DNA from: Nannocystales bacterium
GTDB lineage: Bacteria; Myxococcota_A; Polyangia; Nannocystales; Nannocystaceae
Length of the DNA: 64,000 bases
Direction of reading: 5' to 3'
NCBI GenBank assembly: GCA_050633305.1
Contig: JBOEGF010000008.1
Coordinates: 256,001-320,000 of the forward strand
The position numbers and the translations under genes are program-made. Numbering within the stretch: position 1 is the first letter of the stretch; the number at the start of each line of letters is the position of its first letter. Below are positions 18,727 to 27,798 of the stretch, one piece after another. The notes under the pieces were generated by a model that was not told where the DNA came from, ran no database searches, and saw only the letters and a list, made by a program, of their open reading frames with translations.

Positions 18727-20148
18727 GTGCCCGATCGCCCTCAGGTTCGCTTTGGAGACGGGACGCCTTGCAGCTTCGCCCCGACGATCCTCGAAGAGCT
18801 CGGCAGTCTGATCGTCTACGCCGGCCAAGCCGGTCGTGGCTACGGGGACGACCAAAGTCTCCGCCGTCGCGAGCTCGAAGCCGAGGAAAAAGCCACGGCG
18901 ATCCGGGCCGACCTTCAGCGCATGTTGCGTGAAGGGGAGACTTCTCTGGTCGCCGCCGCCGTGCCGTCCTCCTGGCCCGAGGTCAGGGAGCACGCCCGGA
19001 AGGCCGGTGGCGAGCTGCGAACCCTGGTCGAGCGGTGGCAAGAGCAGGCATCCGCGACCTGCGAGCGGACTCGCCGCAGCCTGCATCAATACCAACGGGA
19101 CATCGCGGCCTCGATGAAGGCCGATCTGTTCACCTACCTCCGCCACGCGCTGGAGGCCGCACGGGACTCTGTCACCGTCGTCCGCCGCCTTGGACCCACC
19201 CAGTATGTCGACTCGATCCGGTACGAGGCCGCAACCGGGCTGCATGTCGAGCTCAGCGTCGACGCGGCACACTGCCCGGTCCCACAACGCCTGCGCACGT
19301 TGCTCAAGAAGGTGGTCCTGCAGGCCGGAATCCGGAAGACCCTGTTCGGAGGCGAAAAGCCTCGGATGCTGCGGCTGGACGCGTACTACGTCGTCGAAGC
19401 CGTTCTCAACCCCACGGCCGTCGACCTTCGGCTCGCGCCTCGGCTCAACGCGAGTGACGACGAGCTGTTGTTGCTCCGCCTCCGCCCCGAAGCCGACACC
19501 ATCCGAGGGCGCCTCTCGATGGGCGGCGCCCGACATGAAGAGGCCCTCGGACCCGAAGCCCTGTCCCAACTGTGGGATGTCCTTCAGCGAACGCGGCTGG
19601 AGATGACCCGGAGACCTTCCAGCGTCTCTTCGGCCGAGCTCGATGGGCGGCCCACGAACGATGCCAAAGACTGCTTTCAGGCGGCCGAGCGGCTCATCGA
19701 CCGGTCACGTCCGATCGTGCGGAAGCTGATGAAGCACACCCCCGGCTCCGACGAGCTCTGTCTTCTGGTCGCCAACGAGTCGGGGCCGGACGACGAGCTG
19801 TGGGTTCGGACAGCCGACCTTACCCAGCACTTGCTGACGATCCCCGCCCCGGTCCGACCCCGCCTGTCCCCGCTGGAGTTGCTCGGGCCCGCAGAGGTCA
19901 CGCGCGAGTCCGACATCATCAACCTCGGACGGGTGCTCACGCCCGACGCCGGCGATCACTCCGACGTCATTTCGCTGCACTACATCCCGCCCGAACAGCA
20001 CGCAAGGGTCACCGAAGCGGGCGCGCCCAATCCGGTCCAAGAACTCGAGAGCAGCGACATCTCGGTCGTCGGGCTCGAAGGCGAGTCCGAGGAGAACTCC
20101 GGCTGCTACGATCTCTCGAAGCTCGAACGCACCGTTCAGTCGGGCTGA
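18727..20148 (+). CDS. Hypothetical protein
   Basis: Long ORF with coding-like composition and acidic C-terminal tail; no family recognised; start uncertain. Confidence 0.65.
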   Translation: MPDRPQVRFGDGTPCSFAPTILEELGSLIVYAGQAGRGYGDDQSLRRRELEAEEKATAIRADLQRMLREGETSLVAAAVPSSWPEVREHARKAGGELRTLVERWQEQASATCERTRRSLHQYQRDIAASMKADLFTYLRHALEAARDSVTVVRRLGPTQYVDSIRYEAATGLHVELSVDAAHCPVPQRLRTLLKKVVLQAGIRKTLFGGEKPRMLRLDAYYVVEAVLNPTAVDLRLAPRLNASDDELLLLRLRPEADTIRGRLSMGGARHEEALGPEALSQLWDVLQRTRLEMTRRPSSVSSAELDGRPTNDAKDCFQAAERLIDRSRPIVRKLMKHTPGSDELCLLVANESGPDDELWVRTADLTQHLLTIPAPVRPRLSPLELLGPAEVTRESDIINLGRVLTPDAGDHSDVISLHYIPPEQHARVTEAGAPNPVQELESSDISVVGLEGESEENSGCYDLSKLERTVQSG

Positions 20149-21344
20149 GGCCCGCGGGTCTGCTTGGCCAACTCGAAGGCCGCGGCGACGGCTGCTTGCT
20201 GCGCCCGGTCGCCGCCAGCATTGACCGCCACCAACACAGCGGCACCCAGAGAAGGCATCACGACGATGGTGGCGTAGTTCACCGTGTTGCTGCCATCGTG
20301 GGCGAGCACCGGGATCCCAAACGCTTCGAGCTCCGGCACGGCCCAGCCCAGCGCATAGCCGCCTTGCCCATCGGACTTGGGTACCGCCGAGGTGAGGTGG
20401 TCGACCGAGTCGGCGCTCACGAATGACGCATCGTCGAAGAACACCGCCGCGAACCGACCCCAGTCCGCCAGCGAGCAGTGGACCGTGCCCGCCGGGCCGA
20501 GGAACGGCGGATTGTCGATTTCGACCGGCACGAACTTGTCTTTCATGTCGGCATGGGCCCACGGCTGGTCACGGTCCTCGCCGGTCGCGGTCGGACCGAA
20601 TCCGCACGACTTCATGCCCAAGGGCTCGAACACCTGGGCGGTGAGCTCGGCCTCCCACGACCGACCGACGGCCCGCTCGACCGCGGCGCCCACGATGACG
20701 TAGCCGAAGTTCGAGTACTCGAAGTGACTTCCCGGCGTGCTTCGAGGAGCCATCGCCAAGGCCTCCGACGTGACAAGCGCGCGACGCTCGACAACCGTGA
20801 GCGGCTCCAGCCGCTGCATGATGCCGGGCGAGAGATCGGTCATTGCTGTGCTGACCCCACTTCGGTGCCGCATCAACTGCGTGAGCGTGACATCCCGGAA
20901 GTCCTCGTGCATCGCGTTGCCCCCGAAGGCCTCAGCCATCGTCATGTCCCACCGGAGCACCCCCGATTCGACCAGACGTGCGACCAGCAACGCGGTCATG
21001 GCCTTGGTGTCCGAACCCAGGTGGAAGAGGTCGTCCGTGGTGAGTTCGGCCGGCTCGTCGGCGCGCCGCGTGCCCGAAGCACCGATCGCCAGGACCCCTC
21101 GTCGGTCGATCACCGCCGCCGCGATCCCCGGAACCGAGGTCTTTGCGCGGACGTCGTCGAGCAGGACGTCCAGGTTCTCGGGCGTCCGCGCCTCCGACTC
21201 CCGCTCCTTGATGTTGATATCGATATCCGCAGCGACGACCGAGGGTCCCTGCGGTTCGGACGGGCCTGGGGCATTCGTGGTGCGAGCAGGCTTGCACCCG
21301 GCGGTGAGGGCGAGCGCGGACAGCAAGAGGCAGACGCGAGTCAC
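20136..21344 (-). CDS. Serine hydrolase, beta-lactamase class C/PBP-like lipoprotein
   Basis: GSDTKA (SxxK), LMRHRSG, YSNFGY, HDGSNT; lipobox TAGC; GTGA overlap with the upstream gene. Confidence 0.88.
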   Translation of the reverse strand: MTRVCLLLSALALTAGCKPARTTNAPGPSEPQGPSVVAADIDINIKERESEARTPENLDVLLDDVRAKTSVPGIAAAVIDRRGVLAIGASGTRRADEPAELTTDDLFHLGSDTKAMTALLVARLVESGVLRWDMTMAEAFGGNAMHEDFRDVTLTQLMRHRSGVSTAMTDLSPGIMQRLEPLTVVERRALVTSEALAMAPRSTPGSHFEYSNFGYVIVGAAVERAVGRSWEAELTAQVFEPLGMKSCGFGPTATGEDRDQPWAHADMKDKFVPVEIDNPPFLGPAGTVHCSLADWGRFAAVFFDDASFVSADSVDHLTSAVPKSDGQGGYALGWAVPELEAFGIPVLAHDGSNTVNYATIVVMPSLGAAVLVAVNAGGDRAQQAAVAAAFELAKQTRGPQPD

Positions 21345-22624
21345 AGCGACGATGGTACCCGCACCAGGGTGTCCCAGCCGAGTTCCACGCCATCGGCCGA
21401 TGTGTGGGCACCGTCTCCGGGCTGCCGAAACCACACCCGCAGCGCTCGTGTCCGCGGCTGGATCAGCAGCGTATGCACCACTTCGGAGAGTCGAACTTCC
21501 CGAGCCAGGGCCCACAGGGCATCGGCATCCCAGCGGTGTCCGCGTTTTCGGCTCGTCCGTTCGATGGTGTCGTAGCGGCGGCAGGACTGCGGGCCATCCT
21601 TGCCACGGAGATGGTTCGTCGCCGCGAGGACGTTGTCCGCTCCCGCGAGCCCGGGCTTTCGCACGTGGACCCCGTCGGACTCGACCTCGAGCACCCGAGC
21701 CGGTTCTTCACCATCCGGTTCCACCACGTGAAGGATGAAGCTGCCCGCGTGGGTCGCGGCTCGCAGGCCAAACTCGATGTCGTCCGCCCGGGATGCCCCA
21801 TCCCCGTCCACGTCTCGGCGTTCCAGCAGATCGCGCAACATCAGGTTGGCAGGCGAGAACCCTACGGCAGCCTGGGCCAAACTCGCAGATCCGTCGCCGT
21901 AGCCCATGTTGAACAGTGTCGTCACACCCGCCTCGTTGAGGCAGGACAAGCAGCCGAGATACCCCGCGAAGGACACCGAGACCACTGGCTGGCGTTGGGG
22001 ATCGCTGGGTTGATAGACCACGACCAGCTGGTTGCGAAGCAACGCCGGCTCGTCATCCCAGTCGAGGTTCCGCACGACCATTGGATCGCCTCCCGTCGCG
22101 TCTGAGGTGGCGGCCCCCCACGCCGAGAGCGACGAGCAACCGATCGCCACGAGGTCGGTCATTGCCCCCATGACCAGAAGGTCGGTCGCCCGGATCTCGC
22201 GGTCGAGGCGTTCGATCCAGGCCGAGCCCGCTTCTCGCATCCCCTCCACCACGCCTTGGGCCTCTTCCCGCAGGTTGGGGGCAATGTCCGCGACCGTCGC
22301 GTAGAGCGTGGACGCGGCTTCGAGTTGGCTTGGCGTGATCACGTCGAGCGCATAGCCGTCCAGGACGTCGACGATCTCATCGTGCAGAAGCAGCCCCTGG
22401 GCGTGGCCCATCTGACGGGGCGTACCCCACACCCGGAGCACACGCTGGCCCTGCACCATCTCGAGGGTTCCGTGGGCCCTGGAGCCACGGGTCCGCGGTG
22501 TGTCGGAGACGGATGTCGACGCGGGCCCGACATCCACCGACGCAGCGCTCGCCCGAGGCGGCGCAGGCTCGGCGCGACACGCCCCGGCCCCGACGAGGCC
22601 GAGCCACAGTCCCCAACGACGCAT
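21341..22624 (-). CDS. C45-like Ntn-hydrolase (acyltransferase/acid ceramidase-like) lipoprotein
   Basis: MGHAQG, GCSSLSAWG (autoprocessing Cys), RNLDW, LNEAGV, ATNH; TGATG overlap with the upstream gene. Confidence 0.78.
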   Translation of the reverse strand: MRRWGLWLGLVGAGACRAEPAPPRASAASVDVGPASTSVSDTPRTRGSRAHGTLEMVQGQRVLRVWGTPRQMGHAQGLLLHDEIVDVLDGYALDVITPSQLEAASTLYATVADIAPNLREEAQGVVEGMREAGSAWIERLDREIRATDLLVMGAMTDLVAIGCSSLSAWGAATSDATGGDPMVVRNLDWDDEPALLRNQLVVVYQPSDPQRQPVVSVSFAGYLGCLSCLNEAGVTTLFNMGYGDGSASLAQAAVGFSPANLMLRDLLERRDVDGDGASRADDIEFGLRAATHAGSFILHVVEPDGEEPARVLEVESDGVHVRKPGLAGADNVLAATNHLRGKDGPQSCRRYDTIERTSRKRGHRWDADALWALAREVRLSEVVHTLLIQPRTRALRVWFRQPGDGAHTSADGVELGWDTLVRVPSSL

Positions 22625-23670
22625 CAACCGTCGCAAAAGGAAGGCACCCAGCTGGGAAGTCCGGACTCGAAGGGCGAGGGCTCGGTACCGAAGGGGTGCG
22701 CGAGCATGAAGTCCCAAGCGAACTCCCGTTCGCTCAGATAGGAATGGCCCTGCCCGTGGTTGCACATCAACGAGTAGCCGCCGCGAGCGTCGATCGATTG
22801 CTCGAACAGCTCGCTGGACATCTGAAACCCGAGCCCGCCGGCCACGTCCGACGCCCCACCGTGGAAGATCATCGCCGAGATGACTTGATCGGGAGCGTCA
22901 CTGGGCGTTCCGGTGGAATAGACGCCGCCCGAGATCGGGACCGTCGAGGCGATGTAGGACGCTCGCCGGAGCGCAGCTTGGGAGGTGTGCAGCCCTCCCG
23001 CGCTGAACCCTGCGGCGTGAATGCGGCGCGCGTCGATTCCAGGGCCCGCCGCGGCACAGCCTACGATTTCGTCCATCAGGTGCAGATCGTCCTCACGGTC
23101 TCCCAACACCAGGAACCATGGGAACTGTCCCGCTGCAGGATCCGCGTACGGAATGACGAGCATGCCGCCCATGCTGGTGATCGCGGCGATGTCATCCTCG
23201 GGAAGCGCATCGTCGGAGTTCCCCGCACTCCCACCGGTGCCGTGAAACCAGAACACGAGTGGGCCCCCGCCCCCCGCGGACGGCTCGAAGAAGACGCGGG
23301 CGCGCCGTGGCCCGGTCTCCCCCGGGGCGAAGTCGAGATCACCGGAAGCGAACTCAGGGCATGCCCCGTCTGCAGTCGGAAGCGCGGGCGCGGGACCCTC
23401 CCCGCCGGTCGTAGGATCTCCGCTTGGGTCGTCCCCGGTCTCGTCCGTGCTCGGGTCGGAGTCAGACGCAGAGTCGGTGTCAGCCGTCGTCGTGCTGCCG
23501 TCGCTGTCGTCGTCGTCAGGGGCGGTCGGGGACGTGTCGGATCCCGGGCTCGACGAACTCGGTGTTGCTCCGTCCGTGTCCGTATCGGTGTCGGCGCCGC
23601 CGCCATCCGAGCCGCATGCGAGCACCCAACACGAGAGACTCACTCCGAGAATCGACCGCCACAACTTCAT
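22624..23670 (-). CDS. Alpha/beta-hydrolase (esterase/depolymerase-like) lipoprotein
   Basis: Lipobox VLAC, T/D/S stalk, WFHGTGG, GFSAGG nucleophile elbow, FHGGASD, HGQGH. Confidence 0.8.
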   Translation of the reverse strand: MKLWRSILGVSLSCWVLACGSDGGGADTDTDTDGATPSSSSPGSDTSPTAPDDDDSDGSTTTADTDSASDSDPSTDETGDDPSGDPTTGGEGPAPALPTADGACPEFASGDLDFAPGETGPRRARVFFEPSAGGGGPLVFWFHGTGGSAGNSDDALPEDDIAAITSMGGMLVIPYADPAAGQFPWFLVLGDREDDLHLMDEIVGCAAAGPGIDARRIHAAGFSAGGLHTSQAALRRASYIASTVPISGGVYSTGTPSDAPDQVISAMIFHGGASDVAGGLGFQMSSELFEQSIDARGGYSLMCNHGQGHSYLSEREFAWDFMLAHPFGTEPSPFESGLPSWVPSFCDG

Positions 23671-23705
23671 GCCTGCAGCGTCGCATGAAGCACCGACTGC
23701 GCCAA

Positions 23706-24635
23706 TCAGCGAGCGCCGCCCCAGGCCGACACGGCGGTCAGAACCGCGGCCATCCAGACGGTTTGCGCCATCAGCAGGTGCGCAATCTGCATGAACCCCG
23801 GCGCGGCGAGTCCGATCGTCAAGATCCCCACGACGACCTGCGCAACGACGGCGTGCTGCAGTCCCCGGGCAAATCGAGGGGTCAGCGGATCGCGAGCGTA
23901 CTCGCGGGCCCAAGCCCCCACGCCATAGAGCACACCCGCTGCGACCACGGCGACCACGGGATGCACGATTCGCAGCCGCACGAGGAAGTGGTTGGCCGAG
24001 GACAGTTCATCTCGGACATGGGACAGCATCGCCTCCGCACCGGGAGCGACCGGGAACAGGGTGTCCCCAAGCGCAGTGACGGCCCCGGTCATGCTCGTGA
24101 CCAGCAACGCCAACAGTCCAGCCAGCAGCAGCCATGATCCGCGGCCCAACGCGGTGAACCCCAGCTTGCGATCGTCGTAGCTCCACCACACGGTGAGGAT
24201 CGCCGAACCGGTGAGGATCAGCGTGTTCACCAGGTGCAGGGAGATGATCACCGCCCTCGCGACGGAGTCATCGTTGGCGACCAACTCCTTGAGCACAAGT
24301 CCGGCGCCGATGAGCGCCTCGAGCACGACGAACACCATCGTCACCACAGCGGTCACGGTCACGCGGCTCCGGCCGAATCGGCGTGCCGACCACACGACCA
24401 GCACGATCATCATCGGGCCGAGCAGCCCACTGGTCACCCGGTGTGTGAACTCGATGATCGTCTCGATGCCGGGCGACACCGGCACGATCTCTCCGTTGCA
24501 GGTGGGCCAGTGGGACCCACACCCGGCGCCACTGAACGAGATACGGACCCAAGCACCGAACAGGATCACAAACAGCAAGTACGCAACGATGACGGTTGCG
24601 TATCGGCGAAAGCCGCGGTTTGCCCCAGCGTCCAT
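23706..24635 (-). CDS. ctaA: Heme A synthase (COX15/CtaA family)
   Basis: GAWVR..SGAGC..WPTCNG, IEFTHR, EALIG, HL, HP, HL; about 8 TM helices. Confidence 0.85.
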   Translation of the reverse strand: MDAGANRGFRRYATVIVAYLLFVILFGAWVRISFSGAGCGSHWPTCNGEIVPVSPGIETIIEFTHRVTSGLLGPMMIVLVVWSARRFGRSRVTVTAVVTMVFVVLEALIGAGLVLKELVANDDSVARAVIISLHLVNTLILTGSAILTVWWSYDDRKLGFTALGRGSWLLLAGLLALLVTSMTGAVTALGDTLFPVAPGAEAMLSHVRDELSSANHFLVRLRIVHPVVAVVAAGVLYGVGAWAREYARDPLTPRFARGLQHAVVAQVVVGILTIGLAAPGFMQIAHLLMAQTVWMAAVLTAVSAWGGAR

Positions 24636-24810
24636 ATCGGCCGGAACCTACCACGGTCGCAAGTCTGCGCAACGAGGAGCCGCACGACTGCGAAACGATG
24701 TCGGGCTACCGGACGCCGCCGGGTTCAGTTCCGACCGTAGAGGCCGAAGGCGACGGAGCCGTGCCCCGGTGCGGTACACCGGGTCACGCCGCTCGCATCG
24801 CCGCCGGAGA

Positions 24811-25632
24811 TCAGTACTGGTACTCGAGCGTGAACTGGGTGCAGTCCGCGAGTCCTTGATCGAACCGAATCCACACCTGCGCTTCGTCGTCGAGGACGTT
24901 GAGGCAGTTCAGCTCGATCTCGAAGCTGTCATCTCCGCAACATCCAGGGCGGCCGCCGGGCGACTCGGCGACAGCGGTCCCTTCGGGACAGGTCACCTCG
25001 GTGGCGAACAAGTCGTTCGCACATTCGACGAACTTGCACATGCGCAGAGCCCCGGCGGTTGTGAGCTCTCGCGCGGGCGCGACAGAACCCAGCAGGTTGT
25101 CCTCGCCGATGTAGGTGAACCAGTCCACCTCATCCCCTTCGAGCACTCCAGTGATGGTCACAGGGTCGTCGCCGTCCCCAAGCGTCCCAAGATCGGCGGC
25201 CTCGGCCTCGGTGTTGTTGTCTTCGTAAATATCGATGCCGCACTCGACGTCTTGGACACAGACGTCGCCGACACACATGAGACCCCCACCGCACTCGCCT
25301 TCGTCGCAGTCACAGCCCAGCGTTCCCGCTGTGCACCCGCTGGTCGTGGGATCGGTCGGGTCGCCGGAGGAGCTGCTCTCCGCATCCGTGGGATCCATGG
25401 TCGTCGGTGTGGGCGTGGTTGTCGGGTCCGAGGTCGGGGTCCCCGACGGGTCGGTTGTCGTGGTGACGCCGGTCGTGGTGGCCGATGTGGCACCCTCCGT
25501 ATCCGGGCCGGGGTCGTCATCGTCGTCGTCACTCACCCCGCCGCTCTCCCCGCCGGAGACCGGATCTGGGTCATCACAGGCGCCAATCGCGAGGGCGGCC
25601 ACGAAGCAAAATAAGCCAGAGGGAATCCGCAT
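24811..25632 (-). CDS. Hypothetical Cys-rich lipoprotein with S/T stalk
   Basis: Lipobox IGAC, T/D/P stalk, CTAGTLGCDC...CGGGLMC, EDNNT and DWF motifs. Confidence 0.75.
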   Translation of the reverse strand: MRIPSGLFCFVAALAIGACDDPDPVSGGESGGVSDDDDDDPGPDTEGATSATTTGVTTTTDPSGTPTSDPTTTPTPTTMDPTDAESSSSGDPTDPTTSGCTAGTLGCDCDEGECGGGLMCVGDVCVQDVECGIDIYEDNNTEAEAADLGTLGDGDDPVTITGVLEGDEVDWFTYIGEDNLLGSVAPARELTTAGALRMCKFVECANDLFATEVTCPEGTAVAESPGGRPGCCGDDSFEIELNCLNVLDDEAQVWIRFDQGLADCTQFTLEYQY

Positions 25633-25662
25633 CCCCTGTACGGTAGACTATCGGTACGTTTC

Positions 25663-26586
25663 ATGACGGTGAACTCGACGACCCTGGGACGCGTTCTTAG
25701 CGCGGTCACCTTCATCCTCTGCGGTTGCCAAGATCGCACGTCCGCTGGAACGGACTCCGACGCATCCACCGGGGCGGCAGCCAGCTCCTCAGGCACGACT
25801 GCGGTGGTCGCGACCACGACGAGCGACACTCCCACAACCTCACCGCAGGATGGCTCCAGCTCCGTCGGCGAGACCGAGATCGACACGAACGCCGCCGACG
25901 ACGGTGGGGCGCAGTGTGACATCTACGGCCAGGACTGCATCGACGGCGAGAAGTGCACTCCATTCTCGGACCAGCCTGACTTGCGTCCGGACGACATCCG
26001 GTGCTGCCCGATCGTCGGCAACTCCCCCCGCCAGCCCGGGGACTCCTGCGTCGTCGAGGACTACTTCGGCAGCTGCTTGGACGACTGCGACGTCGGCAGC
26101 TTCTGTCTCGACATCGACAACGATGGTGACGGCACCTGTCAGCCGTTCTGCGGCGGCACTGCGAGCAACCCGCAGTGCGAGACCGATGAGACCTGTTTCA
26201 TCTACTTCGAGGGCACCCCGCTGTGCTTCGACAACTGCGACCCGCTGGCCCAGGCCTGCCCCGAAGACCAAGGCTGCTACCCCGACGCGAGCGCCGCTGG
26301 CGGGACAGGGTTCATCTGCCTGCCCAGCGTCGGCAGCGACAACACCTACGGTGACTACTGCTGGCTGTTGTCGAACTGCTCGCCGGGCTTCATCTGTGTG
26401 ACCCCGGAGTTCCAGCCCGGCTGCGATGGACTGGTCGGGTGCTGCACCGCGCTGTGCGACACCGCAGAGTCGGACGACTGCAGCAGCTTCGACCCCGAGC
26501 TCGAGTGCGTCAGCTGGTACCAAAACGGCCAGACTCCGCCCTCCGCCGCTCTCGAAGACGTCGGCGCCTGCATCCTGCCGCCGTAG
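25663..26586 (+). CDS. Hypothetical Cys-rich lipoprotein (myxobacterial)
   Basis: Lipobox-like LCGC, T/S stalk, repeated CDxxxQxCxxxxxCxP modules. Confidence 0.78.
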   Translation: MTVNSTTLGRVLSAVTFILCGCQDRTSAGTDSDASTGAAASSSGTTAVVATTTSDTPTTSPQDGSSSVGETEIDTNAADDGGAQCDIYGQDCIDGEKCTPFSDQPDLRPDDIRCCPIVGNSPRQPGDSCVVEDYFGSCLDDCDVGSFCLDIDNDGDGTCQPFCGGTASNPQCETDETCFIYFEGTPLCFDNCDPLAQACPEDQGCYPDASAAGGTGFICLPSVGSDNTYGDYCWLLSNCSPGFICVTPEFQPGCDGLVGCCTALCDTAESDDCSSFDPELECVSWYQNGQTPPSAALEDVGACILPP

Positions 26587-26691
26587 GACGTCGCCGGAAC
26601 CGCTCCGGCCTGCGACAACGGGCCGCACGACAACCTGTCGCAGAGACTCGGCGTCGCAGCCTGTCTACGCTGGATTCGGTAGGACTCCGGC

Positions 26692-27792
26692 ATGAAGACG
26701 ACCTCCTGGCTTTTCCTCGCCGCGCTGGCGATCCCGGTCGGCTGTGACTCCGGCAGCGGTGATTCCGGCGACACGGACGACGGTAGCTCGTCGGACGGTC
26801 CCACGGCCGGACCGAGCACCTCGGGCCCCACGACCGACCCCTCGACGTCGACGACCGCGCCGACCTCGACCTCGACGACGACCCCCACGACCACCGCAGA
26901 CACCGACACCGACACCGAGGCCGGAAGCGGCGACTCGGAGTCGGGCGCAGACTCCAGCTCGACCGGTGTCGCGACTCAGGACGTGACGCTCCAGTTCGCG
27001 GGCCGCATCAACGGTGTCGACGCCGCATGCGACACCCAATTCATGGGAGTCGGGAGCGCACTGAGCGATGCCCAGATTCGCGACTTCCGGCTCTACGTCT
27101 CCAACATCCGGCTCGTGGACGCCGATGGTGAGGAGGTCGCGCTCGAACTCGAGCAGGACGGTGTCTGGCAGTACGAGAACGTCGCCCTGCTCGACTTCGA
27201 GGACGGCACGGGCCTGTGTGCCGACACAGGGAACGCCGACGTCAACAGCACGGTCGTAGGCACCGTGCCCGAGGGCGACTACACCGGGGTTCGCTTCGAT
27301 GTTGGCGTCCCGGCGGACCTCAACCACACCGACCCCAACACCGCAGAGGCCCCGCTCAACGTCCTGCCGATGACGTGGAACTGGCTGGTCGGGCGAAAGT
27401 TCGTCCGCTTCGACCTGCTCGTGGACAACTTCCCGGCCGACAACTTCGGCTGGAACACCCACCTGGGTTCGCAGGGGTGCTCCAACAGCAAGAAGCCCAA
27501 CCCGATGGAGCCTCCCACCGAGGACTGCACACGGCCACAGCGGCCCGCCATCGCGCTGGACGCATTCGACCTCGACACCAACACCATCGTGGTGGATGCC
27601 GGCGCACTGCTCGCGGACGTTGATGTCTCCGGCAACGTCCAGGGCGCTCCGGGATGCATGTCGTTCTTCCCGGCAGACCCGGAGATGCAGGACAACGACT
27701 GCGCTGACGTGTTCCCCAACTACGGGATGGACTGGCAGACCGGCGCGTGTGTCGACGGCTGTTCCGGCCAAACCTTCATCACCGTCGAGTAA
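26692..27792 (+). CDS. mbnP: MbnP family copper-binding protein (lipoprotein)
   Basis: DFRLYVSNI, WQ...VALLDFEDGTG.C, FDVGVP..LNH, MTWNW (WxW), HLGSQGC, GCMS. Confidence 0.88.
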   Translation: MKTTSWLFLAALAIPVGCDSGSGDSGDTDDGSSSDGPTAGPSTSGPTTDPSTSTTAPTSTSTTTPTTTADTDTDTEAGSGDSESGADSSSTGVATQDVTLQFAGRINGVDAACDTQFMGVGSALSDAQIRDFRLYVSNIRLVDADGEEVALELEQDGVWQYENVALLDFEDGTGLCADTGNADVNSTVVGTVPEGDYTGVRFDVGVPADLNHTDPNTAEAPLNVLPMTWNWLVGRKFVRFDLLVDNFPADNFGWNTHLGSQGCSNSKKPNPMEPPTEDCTRPQRPAIALDAFDLDTNTIVVDAGALLADVDVSGNVQGAPGCMSFFPADPEMQDNDCADVFPNYGMDWQTGACVDGCSGQTFITVE

Positions 27793-27798
27793 GCACCA

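Noticed and set aside
20136..21344. True beta-lactamase
   Set aside because: The SxxK/YxN family includes many esterases and peptidases; the third motif is HDG, and nothing supports a resistance role.
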